64,000 bases of DNA from assembly GCA_973895155.1 (NCBI GenBank), contig OZ316891.1, positions 21,690,513 through 21,754,512 on the forward strand. Reading direction: 5' to 3'. This stretch comes from Marsupella aquatica (taxonomy: Eukaryota > Plantae > Marchantiophyta). The notes beneath the pieces are model-generated. The model was not told the DNA's origin. It ran no database searches and worked only from the letters and a program-made list of their open reading frames with translations. A program made the translations under genes and the position numbers. Position 1 is the stretch's first letter; the number at the start of each line of letters is the position of its first letter. Positions 37,374 to 50,929 of this stretch are shown here, one piece after another.

Positions 37374-38533
37374 ATGTCTTCATCTTCTGAGATCTCCACC
37401 ACAGATTCTTCCTCCTCCAATGAAGATATACCACCTCCTCCTCAACCTCACACGACTGCACCTCCTCCTCGTGGTCCACCCCGTCAGCTTTGCCAATGTG
37501 CCAAATGCGTGGGTTAGGTTTCCCAAAAGTCCTATATATGCACCCAACATATTGAGAGATATGGACGTTACGGACGTCATACAACAGGGGCTTCCTCATC
37601 CCATGTGGTAAGTGTTTACGCCTTAGTTTCTACCCTATTTCCACATCGCAATGGTGAAGGTTTTTAATTTCACACCTCTTGTTGTTTGTTTTGTTTTGGT
37701 TTGGGTGGAATAGGTATCTAGTAGGCCTAGACCTGCGGCATCAGCACCTTATGTCCCATCACAAGGTGTTCTAGATGCTATAGGCAATGCATTCTCACAA
37801 GCCTTGGGTCTAGCAACAGCCCCCTCCAGTCCTAGGGCAGTTGGGGGTGAGCCTGTTGTCCCAAGAGGGAGAAAGCGTTCCAAGAGACGGCCCCGAGGGG
37901 ATACTGATTTGTACAAGGCAGTGGTTACCGGTAGGTGGGGTGATTGTGAGTTTACTGGCAGATGTGTTCCTATCATCAAGGACTGGGATCCCCAGACTCT
38001 TGGTTTGACACAAGAGCTTTCCTATGGTGAGGAGGTAGAGGTTTGGGGAAGACGTTGGGTTATCAAACCTTCCACACTTGGGGATAGACATGGCTATGGA
38101 GTTTTTTCTTGTGAAGGCATCATTGTGGATACCGAGAGTGGTAGTGGTGGACGCGGTCGAGAAGGACCTACGTTGTTTCCTTATGGTGGACCCATCTACA
38201 AGAGAAGACATTGGAACATGATCCTTGCACAATATCCTGAGTGGAAGACTTATGCCTTGGAGTTAGATACTTTTGATGGAAACACTAGGAGGTATAGTGA
38301 GCAGCGGGTGATAGATGGGGACCCCATACGAACTGGGAATATAGCTGGTTTCATAAACAGTACTGTGGGGACTCGCCCCAAGCGTAGGCAAAATTGTGAG
38401 TGGGTTTTCATTGAGGGTCCTCCACCAGCCCCTTATGGCCAGACATATCATCATGACTCACCATTGTCTGGTTGTAGCTACTAGGACCATTCACTCAGGT
38501 GATGAGTTGTTTACTCACTATGTGTGGGATTAG
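37374..38533 (+). pseudogene. Transposase-associated Zn-like exon + SET-domain exon in the CACTA
   Basis: Exon 1 37374-37607 (CQCAKC...C..HI...G, one stop); exon 2 from 37714: IKPSTLG..GYGVF, GNIAGFINS, then after a frameshift at ~38460 VVATRTIHSGDELFTHY. Confidence 0.75.
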
Positions 38534-38676
38534 AAAATGACCATACACATGGCGTTTGGCCACATTTTGTATTTACACCAGTACCGATATTATTTCATGT
38601 TTGCACACCCCCATATATTCTTCTACATGTTGTAACTATTTGCTTTGTAACTTTCAATTGTTTGCATTGTTTTTAG

Positions 38677-41600
38677 AATGTGCGACCCTCTCAAAATATG
38701 TTACCGCGGAGATTGAGAGCAGCATATCAGGAAATGGTATGCCGGAAGAAGGACAAGGCTCTGAGCCACAATCCTCATCAAGTGACAGTGGAAGCAACAA
38801 CCCTGATCGCAATGTACCCAGAACATATGAACAGGTTATTGATGACCAAGATAGAGCCATGGATGATTTTATGGTTGATTGGTTTGGTGTTGATGTCCCT
38901 GGTGATGATGCTGAGGTGTCTGCTGATCAAGGAGGTCATGTGCCCCCCAATGATCCACGACCAAGACATACCCCTGAGGGACAGCGCCAATGGGAGGAAG
39001 CAGAGGAACATGCCCGAACTCCTATCTATGAGGGTGCTCGTTTGAGTCGTCTTTCTGCTATCTTGGGGTTGATGAATCTACAAGCCAAACACAAGGCAAG
39101 CAATGCCTTGTTATCTGATATGTTTGCACTTTGCCATGACCTTATGTTACCTTCTGGCAATGTGTTGCCAGGAACTTGGAAGGAGGCCAAGTGTGTTCTC
39201 TCATCAATTGGCATGGAATATCATATCATTCATGCATGTGTGAATGATTGCATGTTGTTTCATGGGGCCGATGAGAAGAAGACACAGTGTACTGAATGTC
39301 ATGAGCCACGGTATGACCCCAACATGATTACAAAGAAGGTGCCAAGAAAAGCTGTTCGTTGGTCTCCCATCATTCCTCGGTTGTTGCACATGTACAGGTG
39401 TTCTGATTTGGCAGAGTTGATGGTATGGCATAAGACTCATCGATCAGAGCCTGATGTTATGCGGTTGCCAATTGACTCTCCTGCAGTCAAACATATTGAG
39501 GAAACATGGCTAGACTTTGCACATGATCCTCGTCATGTGAGGTTGGGATTGGCATCTGATGGGGTTAGTCCTCATGCCCTTGGAGGCAAGGGAAGACCTA
39601 CATCAGTTTGGCCTGTGGTTGTGATGAATTACAACCTTCCACCATGGCTATCCATGAAGAAGGGGTTCCTCTTGCTGTCCTTGATTATTCGAGGTCCAAA
39701 AAAGGTGAAGAACTTTGACACTTATTTGGCACTATTGATTGGAGAACTCCAAAAACTGTGGGGTGGAGTGTGGGCATATGATGGCAGGAAAAATATAGGA
39801 GGCATTCCACGTGTATTTAAATTGAGAGGGGTAGTTTGTTGGACAATGCATGACTATCCTGGTAAGATGACTTTTTGACCATATGCCACCCTTCTTTGAT
39901 ATGCTCTTTAATATACTTGTTTGTCATGTGACAACCCTAACATTTAGTCTGGTTTTATTTTTGGTGTAACCAGGGTTTGGCTTTGTCTCTGGATTGCAAA
40001 CTCAGGGGTACAAAGCTTGCTCCACCTGTGGACAGTCCACAATTGCAAGATATGGCAATTTGGTCCCCATGGCTTAGGAAGATTGTTTACATTGGGCATA
40101 CAAAGTTTCTTCCGATGGGGCATGAGATGAGGTCTGACCCACTTTTATTTTCCTCCTTTGACATGCCCCTTGGTGATATGCGGGAAATTCCGGAACCAAC
40201 AACTTTTGGGCATTGGAAGTCAGTAGCTGATAGGGTGGCAGACCCTGATGATCCCCTCACCTTTGATGGTACTGGGTTGACAAGGTGGAGTATACTAGCC
40301 AGTTTGCCCTATTGGTCAGAGTTGAAGATCCGCCATCTTTTAGACCCCATACACATAGAGGGAAATGTGGGGAAGGCGTTGATAGCTCATTTTTATGGGG
40401 AGAAGGACACTAACTTCAGGGAGGCATGTGAAGAGTTGGAAATGCATCCAGATGTATGGGTACAAGTTGATCCTGCCACAGGTTTGGAACATCGTCCTTC
40501 TGCTCCTTGGGTGCTTAGTGTTGGCCAAAGACGTGAATTCCGGAATCGTATAGGGGAGATGCGGTTTCCTATAGGCTATGGTGCCAATTTGAGGAAAGCT
40601 TTTGGGATGGAGGACAATCACAAATGGCCACGGTATCTCAAGACACATGACTATCACCGCTTATTGCAGCATATATTGCCAGTGGCAATTATAGGGTTGG
40701 GGACCAACGAAGTGCAAGATGCCATTTGGTCATTGGGTCGTTTGTTGAGATGGATATGCTCAAAGGAGATATATGTGGAAGAGATTCCTGGAATGGAGGT
40801 ATTGGCTGCTGAGGTGGTTTGCAAGTTGGAGAAGGCCCTCCCTCCTTCCTTCTTTGATTGTCAGGTTCATTTACTTGTGCATCTTGTGAGGGAGGTTGCC
40901 ATTGCTGGTCCAGTTCATTGTCGATGGATGTACAGGCTTGAGCGTTACATGTCAGTCTTGAAGGCTTATGTACGTAACCGTGCATGAGTGGAGGGAAGCA
41001 TAGCTACAGGATACTTGGCTGCAGAGAGCATGTTTTATTGTAGTAACATCTTGGCCACCATTGATCGGACTTTACCACGTACTTGGATGGAGGAGAGGCA
41101 AGAGGAGGAGGACCGTTTAACAGGAGCAACAAAAACATGCATGCTTACATCAACAGAGTGGACACAGTTGAATACATTCATGTTGAGTAATAGCAATGTC
41201 ATGGATGAATGGAGGGAGTTTTATGACAATGCCAAAAGAATGAGTCAAAGGGCAAGGATTTTTCCTAAGTTGCATGAGTTTATGAAGGAAAAGTTGGTTG
41301 AGTTGGATTGCATTTTGGCACAAGGAGGAGATGTCTCACAGTTTCCTACTATGACAAATGACATTCGGACCATTGTTCATGGCCCTTTGAGAGTGGTAAC
41401 ATCCAAGACGGCCATGTGGACCCAAGGGAGACACTTCAGGTTTCACTAGTTCCTAACCTTGTTTTCCATATTCATGTACTACTACTTAAGATATAGTAAT
41501 CCTTTTACTTAAGATAAGTGTGTTTTTCTCTTTTGGTATGAAAGGTTCCTCATAACATGATTAGTGTTTTTTGTGTAGTAGTAACAATATATGGGTCTTG

Positions 41601-42097
41601 TTAATTTAAGGATTTCTTCCCTTGATGAGAAGAGGGCTCGTACTTTTGATTGTGGAGTTCAAGGGCAGTTTTGTCAGGACTCCCGGAGTAGCCGACATGA
41701 CAGGAACATTGTTCGTGATGTTGTGCCACACTATGGGAAGATAGAGGAGATTTTGGTGGTCTCATATGACAACCAATCTAAGTTTGAGGAGTATGTCTTC
41801 AAGTGCAAGTGGTTCAAAGTGAACCTTGTTGGTAATAATCGCACTGTACTCCAAGATGAGAGTGGGTTTACACGGTTGAGGACAAGTGCCACTAGTTTTC
41901 AAGCATCTCATTGGCAAACGTCAGAGCCATTTACTTTCCCATCTCACTTGGAGCAATGTTTCTACGTTCCATACCCCTTAGACCCAGAGTGGTCACTTGT
42001 CATCACATATGTGCCACGGTCTCGTTCCATTGTTTCAGACAAGCCAGACACTATTTTTGTGTCAGATGTAGAGGACATTGAAGGTGACCAAGTGTGA
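38677..42097 (+). pseudogene. CACTA TnpD-like transposase
   Basis: IHACVNDCMLF, RLGLASDG, YNLPPW, HDYPG, LDPIHIEGN, KTHDYH, FFDCQVHLLVHL, GPVHCRWMY..ERYM; introns and a premature stop at 40985. Confidence 0.92.
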
Positions 42098-43438
42098 GAG
42101 ACACTTATGGATATTTGAACCAAAAATCTATATCATGGATTGTTCATGTTGTTTCTTAATTAATATTTCATACACCATTAGTGTGGTAGGTATTTTCATT
42201 TTGGACTCCTACTTTCAAAAGAGGTCATGCATATAAGTGACATGGGTACTCCCTCCCTTATCCCTCCTCCCTCTTTGAACCCAAACTCTCCTTCCTCTTC
42301 CAAAAACTCCATAGCTTTTTCTCCTCCCTCCCTCTTTGCTAAAGTCTCTCCTATTTTTAGTAAACCCTCTTTGGACTCCCTTCTTCCTCCGTCCCTCATC
42401 CACCTTCCAACTCCCTTCCTCCCTCTTTCACCTTTCACCTCCCTCCCTCCTCCTCCCCCATTCAAACTCTAAACTAGATGCACACACAAGTCTAACATAA
42501 ACGTTTGCGAACTGTTTGCGAAACTAAACAAATCCCAACCAAATCGCAATTCTGCCATTTAAACCGTTTCTCAATTATTCCATACTATACGCTTCACTAT
42601 TTTGCGATATCCAGACCATCTCACCTTTACCATCCACATCGTTTTGCACATTTGCCATACAAACCCATCGCAAATTGTTTGAAGCTAACCTTTTCGCAAA
42701 CATCCTCCAATACTAATTGTTTCGCATCATTAATGTTACCGTGGTTTCGGACTTTCAGAGCGGTCGCGGAGCCTTCGTAATGTGTTTTGTAATCTCTGTA
42801 GTTTTGCAAACTATTGTGATACAATAAAGTTTGCAAAATGTTTGCGATGCAAATCGCATGGAAGACCAAAGTTGCGATACCACAAGTATCGCAAATTGCG
42901 ATGCGTATTGAGTCATCAACGGTTTGAAGCATCTGGAATCGTAAACGTGTGTCCAGACTCAAATGAGCTTCGCAAAAGGGCAAAATATGTTGTAGTGTTG
43001 TGGATTTTGGTGACACCCCTCGCGTCTTGCGAGAAACATGACCTCCCGGGACTAGGCATCACCCGCATCGCCCTAATTTTGCTTGGTCAAATTATCCATG
43101 ATGACGTTCGGCTCAACATCATCCTCTGGTTCCACATCAAACCCTCTCAAGACTAGGATCAGTTCCTCCTCTGGGTCCTAACCCTCTCCCTCTGATTCAA
43201 CTTCTGCATCGTCATTGCTTCCATCCGCGTCGGAGCCGTCATTGTCCAACCCATCCTATGAAGGATCGGCCACCTCCTTCCCTTAAAGTCAACGGTGCTA
43301 TGCACTTGACGTGTTCCCTGGGGAATCACTTAGAGTAAAACCCCTAAAACACGTGAGAACAAACCAATAAAATTTGAAAAATAAATTAAAAAATAAATTC
43401 AATTAAAAATACCCTTGTACCCTTGATTATATGGCTTT

Positions 43439-46400
43439 TGTTGTAAACCCTAGTTTACCCCTTAACCATAGGGCGAGAACCCTTAACCATAGTATGAGAA
43501 CTCCTAACCATAGGACCAGTATAAGGGCATTTGCCTACCATGTAACCAAGGGGATATATATATCCCCTCATCAATAGTAATGGATCTATCTTGTTGGAGT
43601 ATCTTTGAGTGTTCCTTTAGTTGTCTATTACAACACGTTATCAGCACGAGCCAGTCTCTAAAATCATTTTTTTTCAAGCAGATGCAATCGAGTTTTACAC
43701 GAGGAGAATGCTCGTAAAGTGGCATTTTTTTTTAGAAACTGCCATAACCGTTTTTTTTCTTGGTCTCCATTCTTTTGCCTCAGAGTTGAATTTTTTTTAC
43801 AAAACACGAAATTTCACATAGAGCATCAATTCGGGACCAGCATATCGAGAGTCCAAAGGACTAATACTTTATTGGCATGATTGAAAGCTCCCTCAGCTCC
43901 ATATACAAGCTTCCAACCGGTCAATTGTACAATCGAGATACTTCACTCGATTCAATCTTCACCAAAGTTCTTAAATCAACTGACATCCCGAATAATGAAT
44001 ACAGTCGAAAAATTATTATGGCCAGCACTTAAAGTCGACGGATCCAACTATTTGACGTGGATCACAGATGTCGAAACTTACTTTACATCACAAGACCTTG
44101 AAGACACCTTAGATACCGACATCGATGTCACGCTCAAACAAAAGGCTAAGGCAGCGTTTCTACTCAGGCAACATCTAACCCCTCAACTAAAGAATGAGTA
44201 TATGAACGAAATTAATCCAAGAAAACTATGGGATCTCCTCAAAGCCCGATTTGATCATATGAGGGAGATATGGCTCCCAGAGGCAAGAAGGGATTGGCAT
44301 AACCTGCGCGTCATGGACCACACCACAATTGCCAATTACAATAGCGCACTGTGCAGAATTACATCTCAATTAGAAATGTGTGGACATCCAATAAATGACA
44401 TAGATAGAATCGATAAGACACTATCGACATTCCCTGAATCTAATATCACATTAGGTACACAATATAGGAACATGCGTTTCACTAAGTACTCAGATCTGAT
44501 TGCTCACTTACTTGTGGAAGAGAAGCAACAGATCGTGGCCTTGCAAAACGCCAGAAAGCGCCCAGCAGGATCAGACCCCCCACCACATCGACCTGAAACC
44601 CACTACACCAATTATGAAGACAAACAACGAGGAAATTACCGGGGCGGACGAACTCAATTCAGAGGCGGAAGAAACCAATTCAGGGGCGGGAGAAATCAAT
44701 TCAGAGGACAAGGCAAACCTTATAACCGACCCTCCGGATCCAATAACACGTGGCGCAGAGGCACCATGAATAATAGAGGAAGAGGATGAAGCAACCAATA
44801 CGACACTGCAAACAATTCCCAGAAAATGTGTTACCGATGTGGCAAAATTGGCCACATTAGAAACGCATGTGCAGCCACAGCACAAGAGGCCCACAGATAC
44901 ATAAACGACAGAAATAAGTCCAGACAAAACCCCCAAGGACATTATATGGAGATAGAAGAAGAATTGATTGCCTCTCAGAGAGAAGAAACACAAGAACAGA
45001 TAGAAGTACATACCTCTCTTACTGACTGGAAATACCCGACATTAGACGACCCCGATACGGGCATCATCGACAGCGGAACCTCACATACTATCTTAAAACA
45101 CAGCAAGTATTTCGAGGCCATCACCCCATCATCCCGCGCTATCACCACCATAGCAGGACTTAATCATATAGAAGAAGGCAAAGGACGAGCCACATTTATA
45201 CTACCAGGAGGAACTAAAATCACCGTGAAGTCAGCAATTTATGCCCCGAAAGCAACCCGAAACCTCATCAGCTTCCAGGATATCAGATCCAATAACCTCC
45301 AACTGCGCACGAATACTCAGGGCAAAACAGAGACATTACAGATCATACAAGACATACAGGGTAAGCCATCCATTAAAGAAACATTTGCATTGATCCCCCC
45401 AGGCCTATACGCAACCAGTATCCAAACATTCCATATACACCAAGAATCAGAGGATATGACATACATCTGGCACTGTCGACTGGGCCACCCGGGTACCACT
45501 ATGTACAACAGGATTATAAGGGACTCCAAAGGAATCCCCAAGACAGTCAAGCCAAAGGTAAAAACAGCCTGCATAGCGTGCTCACAAGGAAAAATGACCA
45601 TACGACCATCAATACCAAAAAACAATATTTTCAATACCACAGTTCCTAGAGCAGATCAATGCAGATATCTGCGGACCTATAGACCCCCCGAGCGGCCCTT
45701 TCAAATATTTCCTGGTAATCATCGACTCATCAACTAAATGGCTGCAGATTTCATTGCTATCTACCCGCAACTTGGCATTTGCGCGGATCTTAGCACATAT
45801 TCTTAAATTAAGAGCACAGTTCCCAGAGTATCCTACAAGAAGATTAAGAGTAGATGGAGCTGGCGAGTTCACATCAAGAACATTCGACGACTTTTGCTGG
45901 GCAGCGGGCATCGATACTCAATATCCAGTTCCCCACGTTCATTTTCAGAACGGTATAGCTGAGTCGGTTATTAAGAGACTTCAAATGGTGGCAAGACCAC
46001 TGTTAATGAAGTCAAACTTACCCACATCAGCATGGGGACATGCCATCCTTCACGCAGCTGCACTAATCCAATATAGACCGTCAGCATATAACTCTAAGAC
46101 ACCATACCACCTGGCGTTCGGCATACCACCGGACCTGTCCCACCTACGCGTTTTCGGATGCCAGGTAATGGTGCCTATCTTAGGACCAAAGAGAACAAAA
46201 CTCGGACCCCAACGGAATGCAGGTATCTATGTTGGGTTTGACTCTACTTCGATCATTAGATACCTTGAACCGACTACGGCAGACCTGTTCAAGGCAAGAC
46301 ATCAGGACTGCCATTTTTATGAAGATCAATTCCCACAGCTCACGAATACAGCATCAACACAATCCAAGGACACAACGAAAATGCCCATAAATTGGAAAGC

Positions 46401-49311
46401 AGACCAAAACAGAAATGACCCCAGAACCAAGCAGGCAGACGAAGAAGTCAGAAGACTTCTCCACCTACATGAAATGCTCGAAAAGATTCCAGACTCATTT
46501 AACGACGCTGCAAATGTCACAAGATCCCACAACTTAGCAGCTAATGCGCCATCGCGAGTACAAACCTCCTCGACACCGGCCAATGTAACAGCCCCCAGAG
46601 CAAAGCGAGGCAGACCACCAGGGATCAAGGACTCCCAGCCTCGCCAACGTAAAACTCCAGCAGCAAACTTGGGTACACCCGCGCTGGAACCAGCGATCAC
46701 ACTTAACGTGACAGCGATAAATCAAAACGACCCACTGAGCGAAGAAAACGAGGAAATGTCAATCACATACATGCAAACAGGTAACATATATAAACGACCG
46801 ACAACCCAAATTGATGAACAATTTGCCTATAACGTAATACAGGAAATCACCAACGATATTCCTGATCCGCTCACTATAAACGAGGCAAAGAAACAACCAG
46901 ATTGGCCAAAGTGGCAAGCAGCAATACATACCGAGATGGACGCCCTCATCAAGCGACAAGTATTCGGACCATTTAAAATGGCATTACCAGGTACACATTA
47001 CACCGACTCTCGATTTACATTCTTGAAAAAAACGAAATGAGAAAGGCATAGTAGTAAGATATCGAGCCCGGCTAGTAGCCAAAGGCTACACACAAATCCC
47101 GGGCAGGGACTACGATTTAACATACTCACCAGTAATGGACGCTACTACATATCGCTATCTCACAGCACATTCAGTCCACCATAAACTGGTTAATAACCTT
47201 ATGGACGTGGTAACCGCGTACCTTTACGGCACACTCGATACTGAGATATACATGACTGCCCCCCCGGAACTGATAGAGAGGGTCAAGCAGCACATTCAGG
47301 GGGAGACGTCCCAGAACCTGAATACAGAGATTAAAAAGGGCATCAGCCAAATAATACCTGATGGGGATACAAAGGCCCTCTTGATGCAAAGTGGAAATAC
47401 ACAGGCAATGCATACCAGAGGAAAGAAATTAACAACAAAACTTACAGTCCAAGTGTTACGTTCCATCAACGGACTTAAACAGAGCGGCAGAATCTGGTAT
47501 CAGAAATTCCAGACAGAGATGCTCGCCCTCGGATTTACAAATAGCGGACTGGCCCCCTGCATCTTCATCAAAAAGCATATGGACGAAGTCCTGATACTAG
47601 CACTGTACGTGGACGATGTGAACTTATTCGGGACTAAACAGATGATGAAAGACACAATACATACACTGAAAGGAGTCTTCGAGATGAAGGACCTTGGAAG
47701 ACCCAACCACTGCCTAGGCCTGCAGATCGAACACTTAGAAACAGGCATATTCCTTTACCAATCGACATACACGCAGAAGATACTTCATCAATTCAACATG
47801 CAGAAATCCTACCCTGTCTCCACCCCGATGGAACTCAGATCTCTAGACCCGATCAAAGATATGTTTCGGAAGCGCCAAGAAGACGAATCCATACTGGGAT
47901 CAGAAAAACCGTACCTATCAGCGGTGGGCGCCCTTATGTATCTAGCGAACCAGACGAGACCTGACATATCGTTCGCCGTCAGTCTCTTAGCGAGACACAG
48001 CGCACAGCCCACCATCAGGCATTGGAACGGCATCAAGAGGATCATGAGATACCTACAAGGGACGATCGACCTTGGACTATTCTTTCCTAAGAATAGCCCC
48101 GATACGCTTACCGGTTACACTGATGCCGGCTACCTGTCGGACCCCCAGGACTCCAAATCACAGACTGGGTACGTGTTCTTACAGGGGACGACAGCAATAT
48201 CTTGGCGAAGTTCAAAGCAAACAATGACCACAACGTCATCCAACCACTCGGAAATCATAGCGTTATACGAGGCGTGCAGAGAAGCTGTATGGCTACGAAG
48301 CATCATCAATCATATTAGGTCCAGCACCGGTAAACCACAGATAACAGAGCCAACCACAATCTACGAAGACAATAAGGCGTGTATCGACCAGATAACCAAC
48401 GGAATCCTGAAGACCGAGAGGACCAAGCATATTGACCCCAAGTATTTCTTCACGCAAGAACAACAAGGGAAAAGTATCAATGTTGCATGGATCAAATCTC
48501 AGGACAATCGAGCAGACATGTTTACGAAACCACTACCAGCCGGATTGCACAGAGCGCACCTCGAAGGCATAGGCATGAGCAGATTGTCCACGATCAAGCC
48601 CACCTCATAACACTGAAGCTCGAAAGGATTACCCAACGACGAAGCTGTCGCCCGATGAAGCCGCCTCCAGATGCCCGACCACCACACTCGGCGAGCGCCA
48701 CACCACATCCCCGACGTGAAACAACGCAAACCAACGCAAAAACGCCCGACTTGGCCTCACTAACCCAAAGCACAACACGAAGCGAAGCGCAATACGCAAA
48801 ACGACATGAAGAACAACACGAGGCGCACACCAGGCAACGAGCTGAGGGGGAGACTAGACACCCATTAGGAACATTCACATAACCCCACTTAGCACATACG
48901 ATTAACACTAACTAAGACATGGCAAAAAGGCTTAACCAGGACATTAGATATGGGAAACCACCTATATAAGTGATGGTAGCACTCTTTCCTCGAGAAGAAA
49001 GCGGCGAGGTTTTAATGAGGCTACATCACACAGGTGGACCCCTAAACCGGATTATACCCTAGGTTCAAGAGATGTGGTTACTTTATGCTCCTCCATAAAC
49101 TAACCAAGGGGGAGTGTTGTAAACCCTAGTTTACCCCTTAACCATAGGGCGAGAACCCTTAACCATAGTATGAGAACTCCTAACCATAGGACCAGTATAA
49201 GGGCATTTGCCTACCATGTAACCAAGGGGATATATATATCCCCTCATCAATAGTAATGGATCTATCTTGTTGGAGTATCTTTGAGTGTTCCTTTAGTTGT
49301 CTATTACAACA
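43439..49311 (+). mobile_element. Ty1/copia LTR retrotransposon, Bianca-like
   Basis: 197-bp LTRs 43439-43635 and 49115-49311, identical by eye; TSD GCTTT; PBS CGTTATCAGCACG; PPT AAGGGGGAG. Confidence 0.95.
43995..48610 (+). pseudogene. Copia gag-pol (gag, CCHC, PR, IN, RT, RNase H)
   Basis: DGSNYLTW, CYRCGKIGHIRNAC, IDSGTSH, WHCRLGHPG, LYVDD, RTKHID; stop at 44787 and frameshifts at ~45640 and ~47035. Confidence 0.95.
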
Positions 49312-49787
49312 GCTTTGACAAATTTTTAAATACCTTGCTGAATATAAAAACTAATATTTTTACCAAAATTGGATTTTTAAACGCCTTTAGTACAAATTTT
49401 TGATATAATTATTACACTAACAAGATTAAAAAGAACCTTCATTTGTTCGCACCCCGTTCTAATAATCCAACGAGTGATTCCCCAAGGGACGTGTTTGCTA
49501 CGGCGGCCGACGGTTTGGCCGCCACATCTTCGTCGTCCTACTTATAATGTTCATCTAGTGAAGTCAACCCGTCCTCCTTTTGTTCATCTTGAACTTGGGC
49601 TCTCCCCTTGACGAGGAGAGCCTATTTGCCACTTTTTGATCAATTTTTTTAGCCATGTTCTCAGTGACCAAATCTACCCGTAGTCGACCCGCTGGGCACG
49701 TTGAAGCACTAAGTCCCCACAAAAATCCGTTAAGATTTTTGGATTCCGACCTAGCACAACCTCAGCCCGGTGTCTATGCCGGCAATT

Positions 49788-49799
49788 GCTCTGATACCA
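49788..49799 (-). promoter_or_regulatory. tRNA-iMet primer binding site of the outer gypsy
   Basis: Reverse complement is TGGTATCAGAGC, next to the LTR. Confidence 0.9.
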
Positions 49800-49803
49800 C
49801 AAG

Positions 49804-50925
49804 TGGTGGACCTTGCCACCCAACGCCCTCACCAATCCCAACACTTATGCCTAAGTGCCCCTTGTGCCCGAACGCCTCCACGAAATACCTCGAGCAAGCA
49901 CCCTAGAGCCCTTTGCACCACTAGCGCCCCTCCCATGTGAAGCCGCACTTGCTCACCTACACGACCGCTACTCAACGGTCCTCATTGTCTGCACAAGTAA
50001 CCAAGCACCTTGGTAAGTAACCCTTCAGGATCTAGAACTTGCCAAGTCTAGCATCCTAACTCAAGCTCAACAGACATTGGTAAATAGGTCAGTGATAGGT
50101 CCTCTCGATGCCATATATAAACTAAACCCTAAACCCTAAACCAAAACCCACGCCCACTATTCGTCCAGAACAACTCCTTCCTTGGGCGCGGCCCGGGTTC
50201 CCCCTTGTACCTATCCATCATCAACTAACCGCCCTGACCCCAGGACATGCTCATGGCCCAAATAGCGTAGCTTGTCCTAAAGCTTGTCCCAACACGTCGG
50301 GACCAGAATGGCCCCGACTCTAGCAACCAACTCCCAATTCGCCTCACTAAAGGCCTAGGGACCGAGCACTCTTGGGACTCAACCTCCACACCTACTTGGC
50401 CTTGCCTCCCCAACGCGAGCTCCCTTGGGAGACTGAACGCGGCTTGGCTGCTGTTCGATAGGATTTGGCAAGCAAGCGAGTTAACACCCGCAAACCCTGA
50501 GAACCCATGGTGCCCCAGACCCAGCTGAGCTTAGGAGGGCATAGCCCTCCTTGAGAGCTTTCCAACGCACCCAATAAGTCCTCCAATAGACTTCCCTTTG
50601 GGAAGATATTGCCGTTTCTATTTGGCGGTTTCCTTTAGTGTCGCGACCGCCGCGGCTCACGACTTCTGCTCGCCCTTAGCCCCCAGGGTGACACCACTCC
50701 CCTCATATATGCTTCTGGAGACCTGCCAACCCCGGACCAGCTTTGGTCCCTAAACATTTGGCCCCCAACCCGGATCCTATCGCGCATAATGGGCGCGCCA
50801 CCAATTGGCAACGCCCATAACTTTCTCGTTAGGCCTCCGCAAGTGGAGTGCCTTAGCCCGTTGTGATCGGGCCTACCCAGTGCTCATGCCTAGGCCCTCA
50901 AGTCTTATCGCCGCTTGGGGCCCCT
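49804..50925 (-). repeat. 5' LTR of the outer gypsy (truncated at ~50925)
   Basis: Matches 1-530 and 1005-1090 with about 5% differences by eye, mostly transitions. Confidence 0.8.
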
Positions 50926-50929
50926 GATC

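Larger units (their letters stand above)
33309..42997. mobile_element. Complete CACTA (En/Spm) transposon, 9.7 kb
   Basis: CACTACAACA at 33309 and TGTTGTAGTG ending 42997; 3-bp TSD TTG; subterminal TTCGCAA/TTGCGAA repeats; TnpD-like transposase. Confidence 0.95.
1..50925 (-). mobile_element. Outer Ty3/gypsy chromovirus LTR retrotransposon, fragmented by nested insertions (3' LTR runs off the window start)
   Basis: LTR 1-530/1005-1090 matches 50309-50925; PBS GCTCTGATACCA at 49788-49799; gag N-part 32696-33267, gag C-part ~5660-6055, PR-RT-RH-IN-chromodomain ~4980-2023, all on the minus strand in canonical order. Confidence 0.8.
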
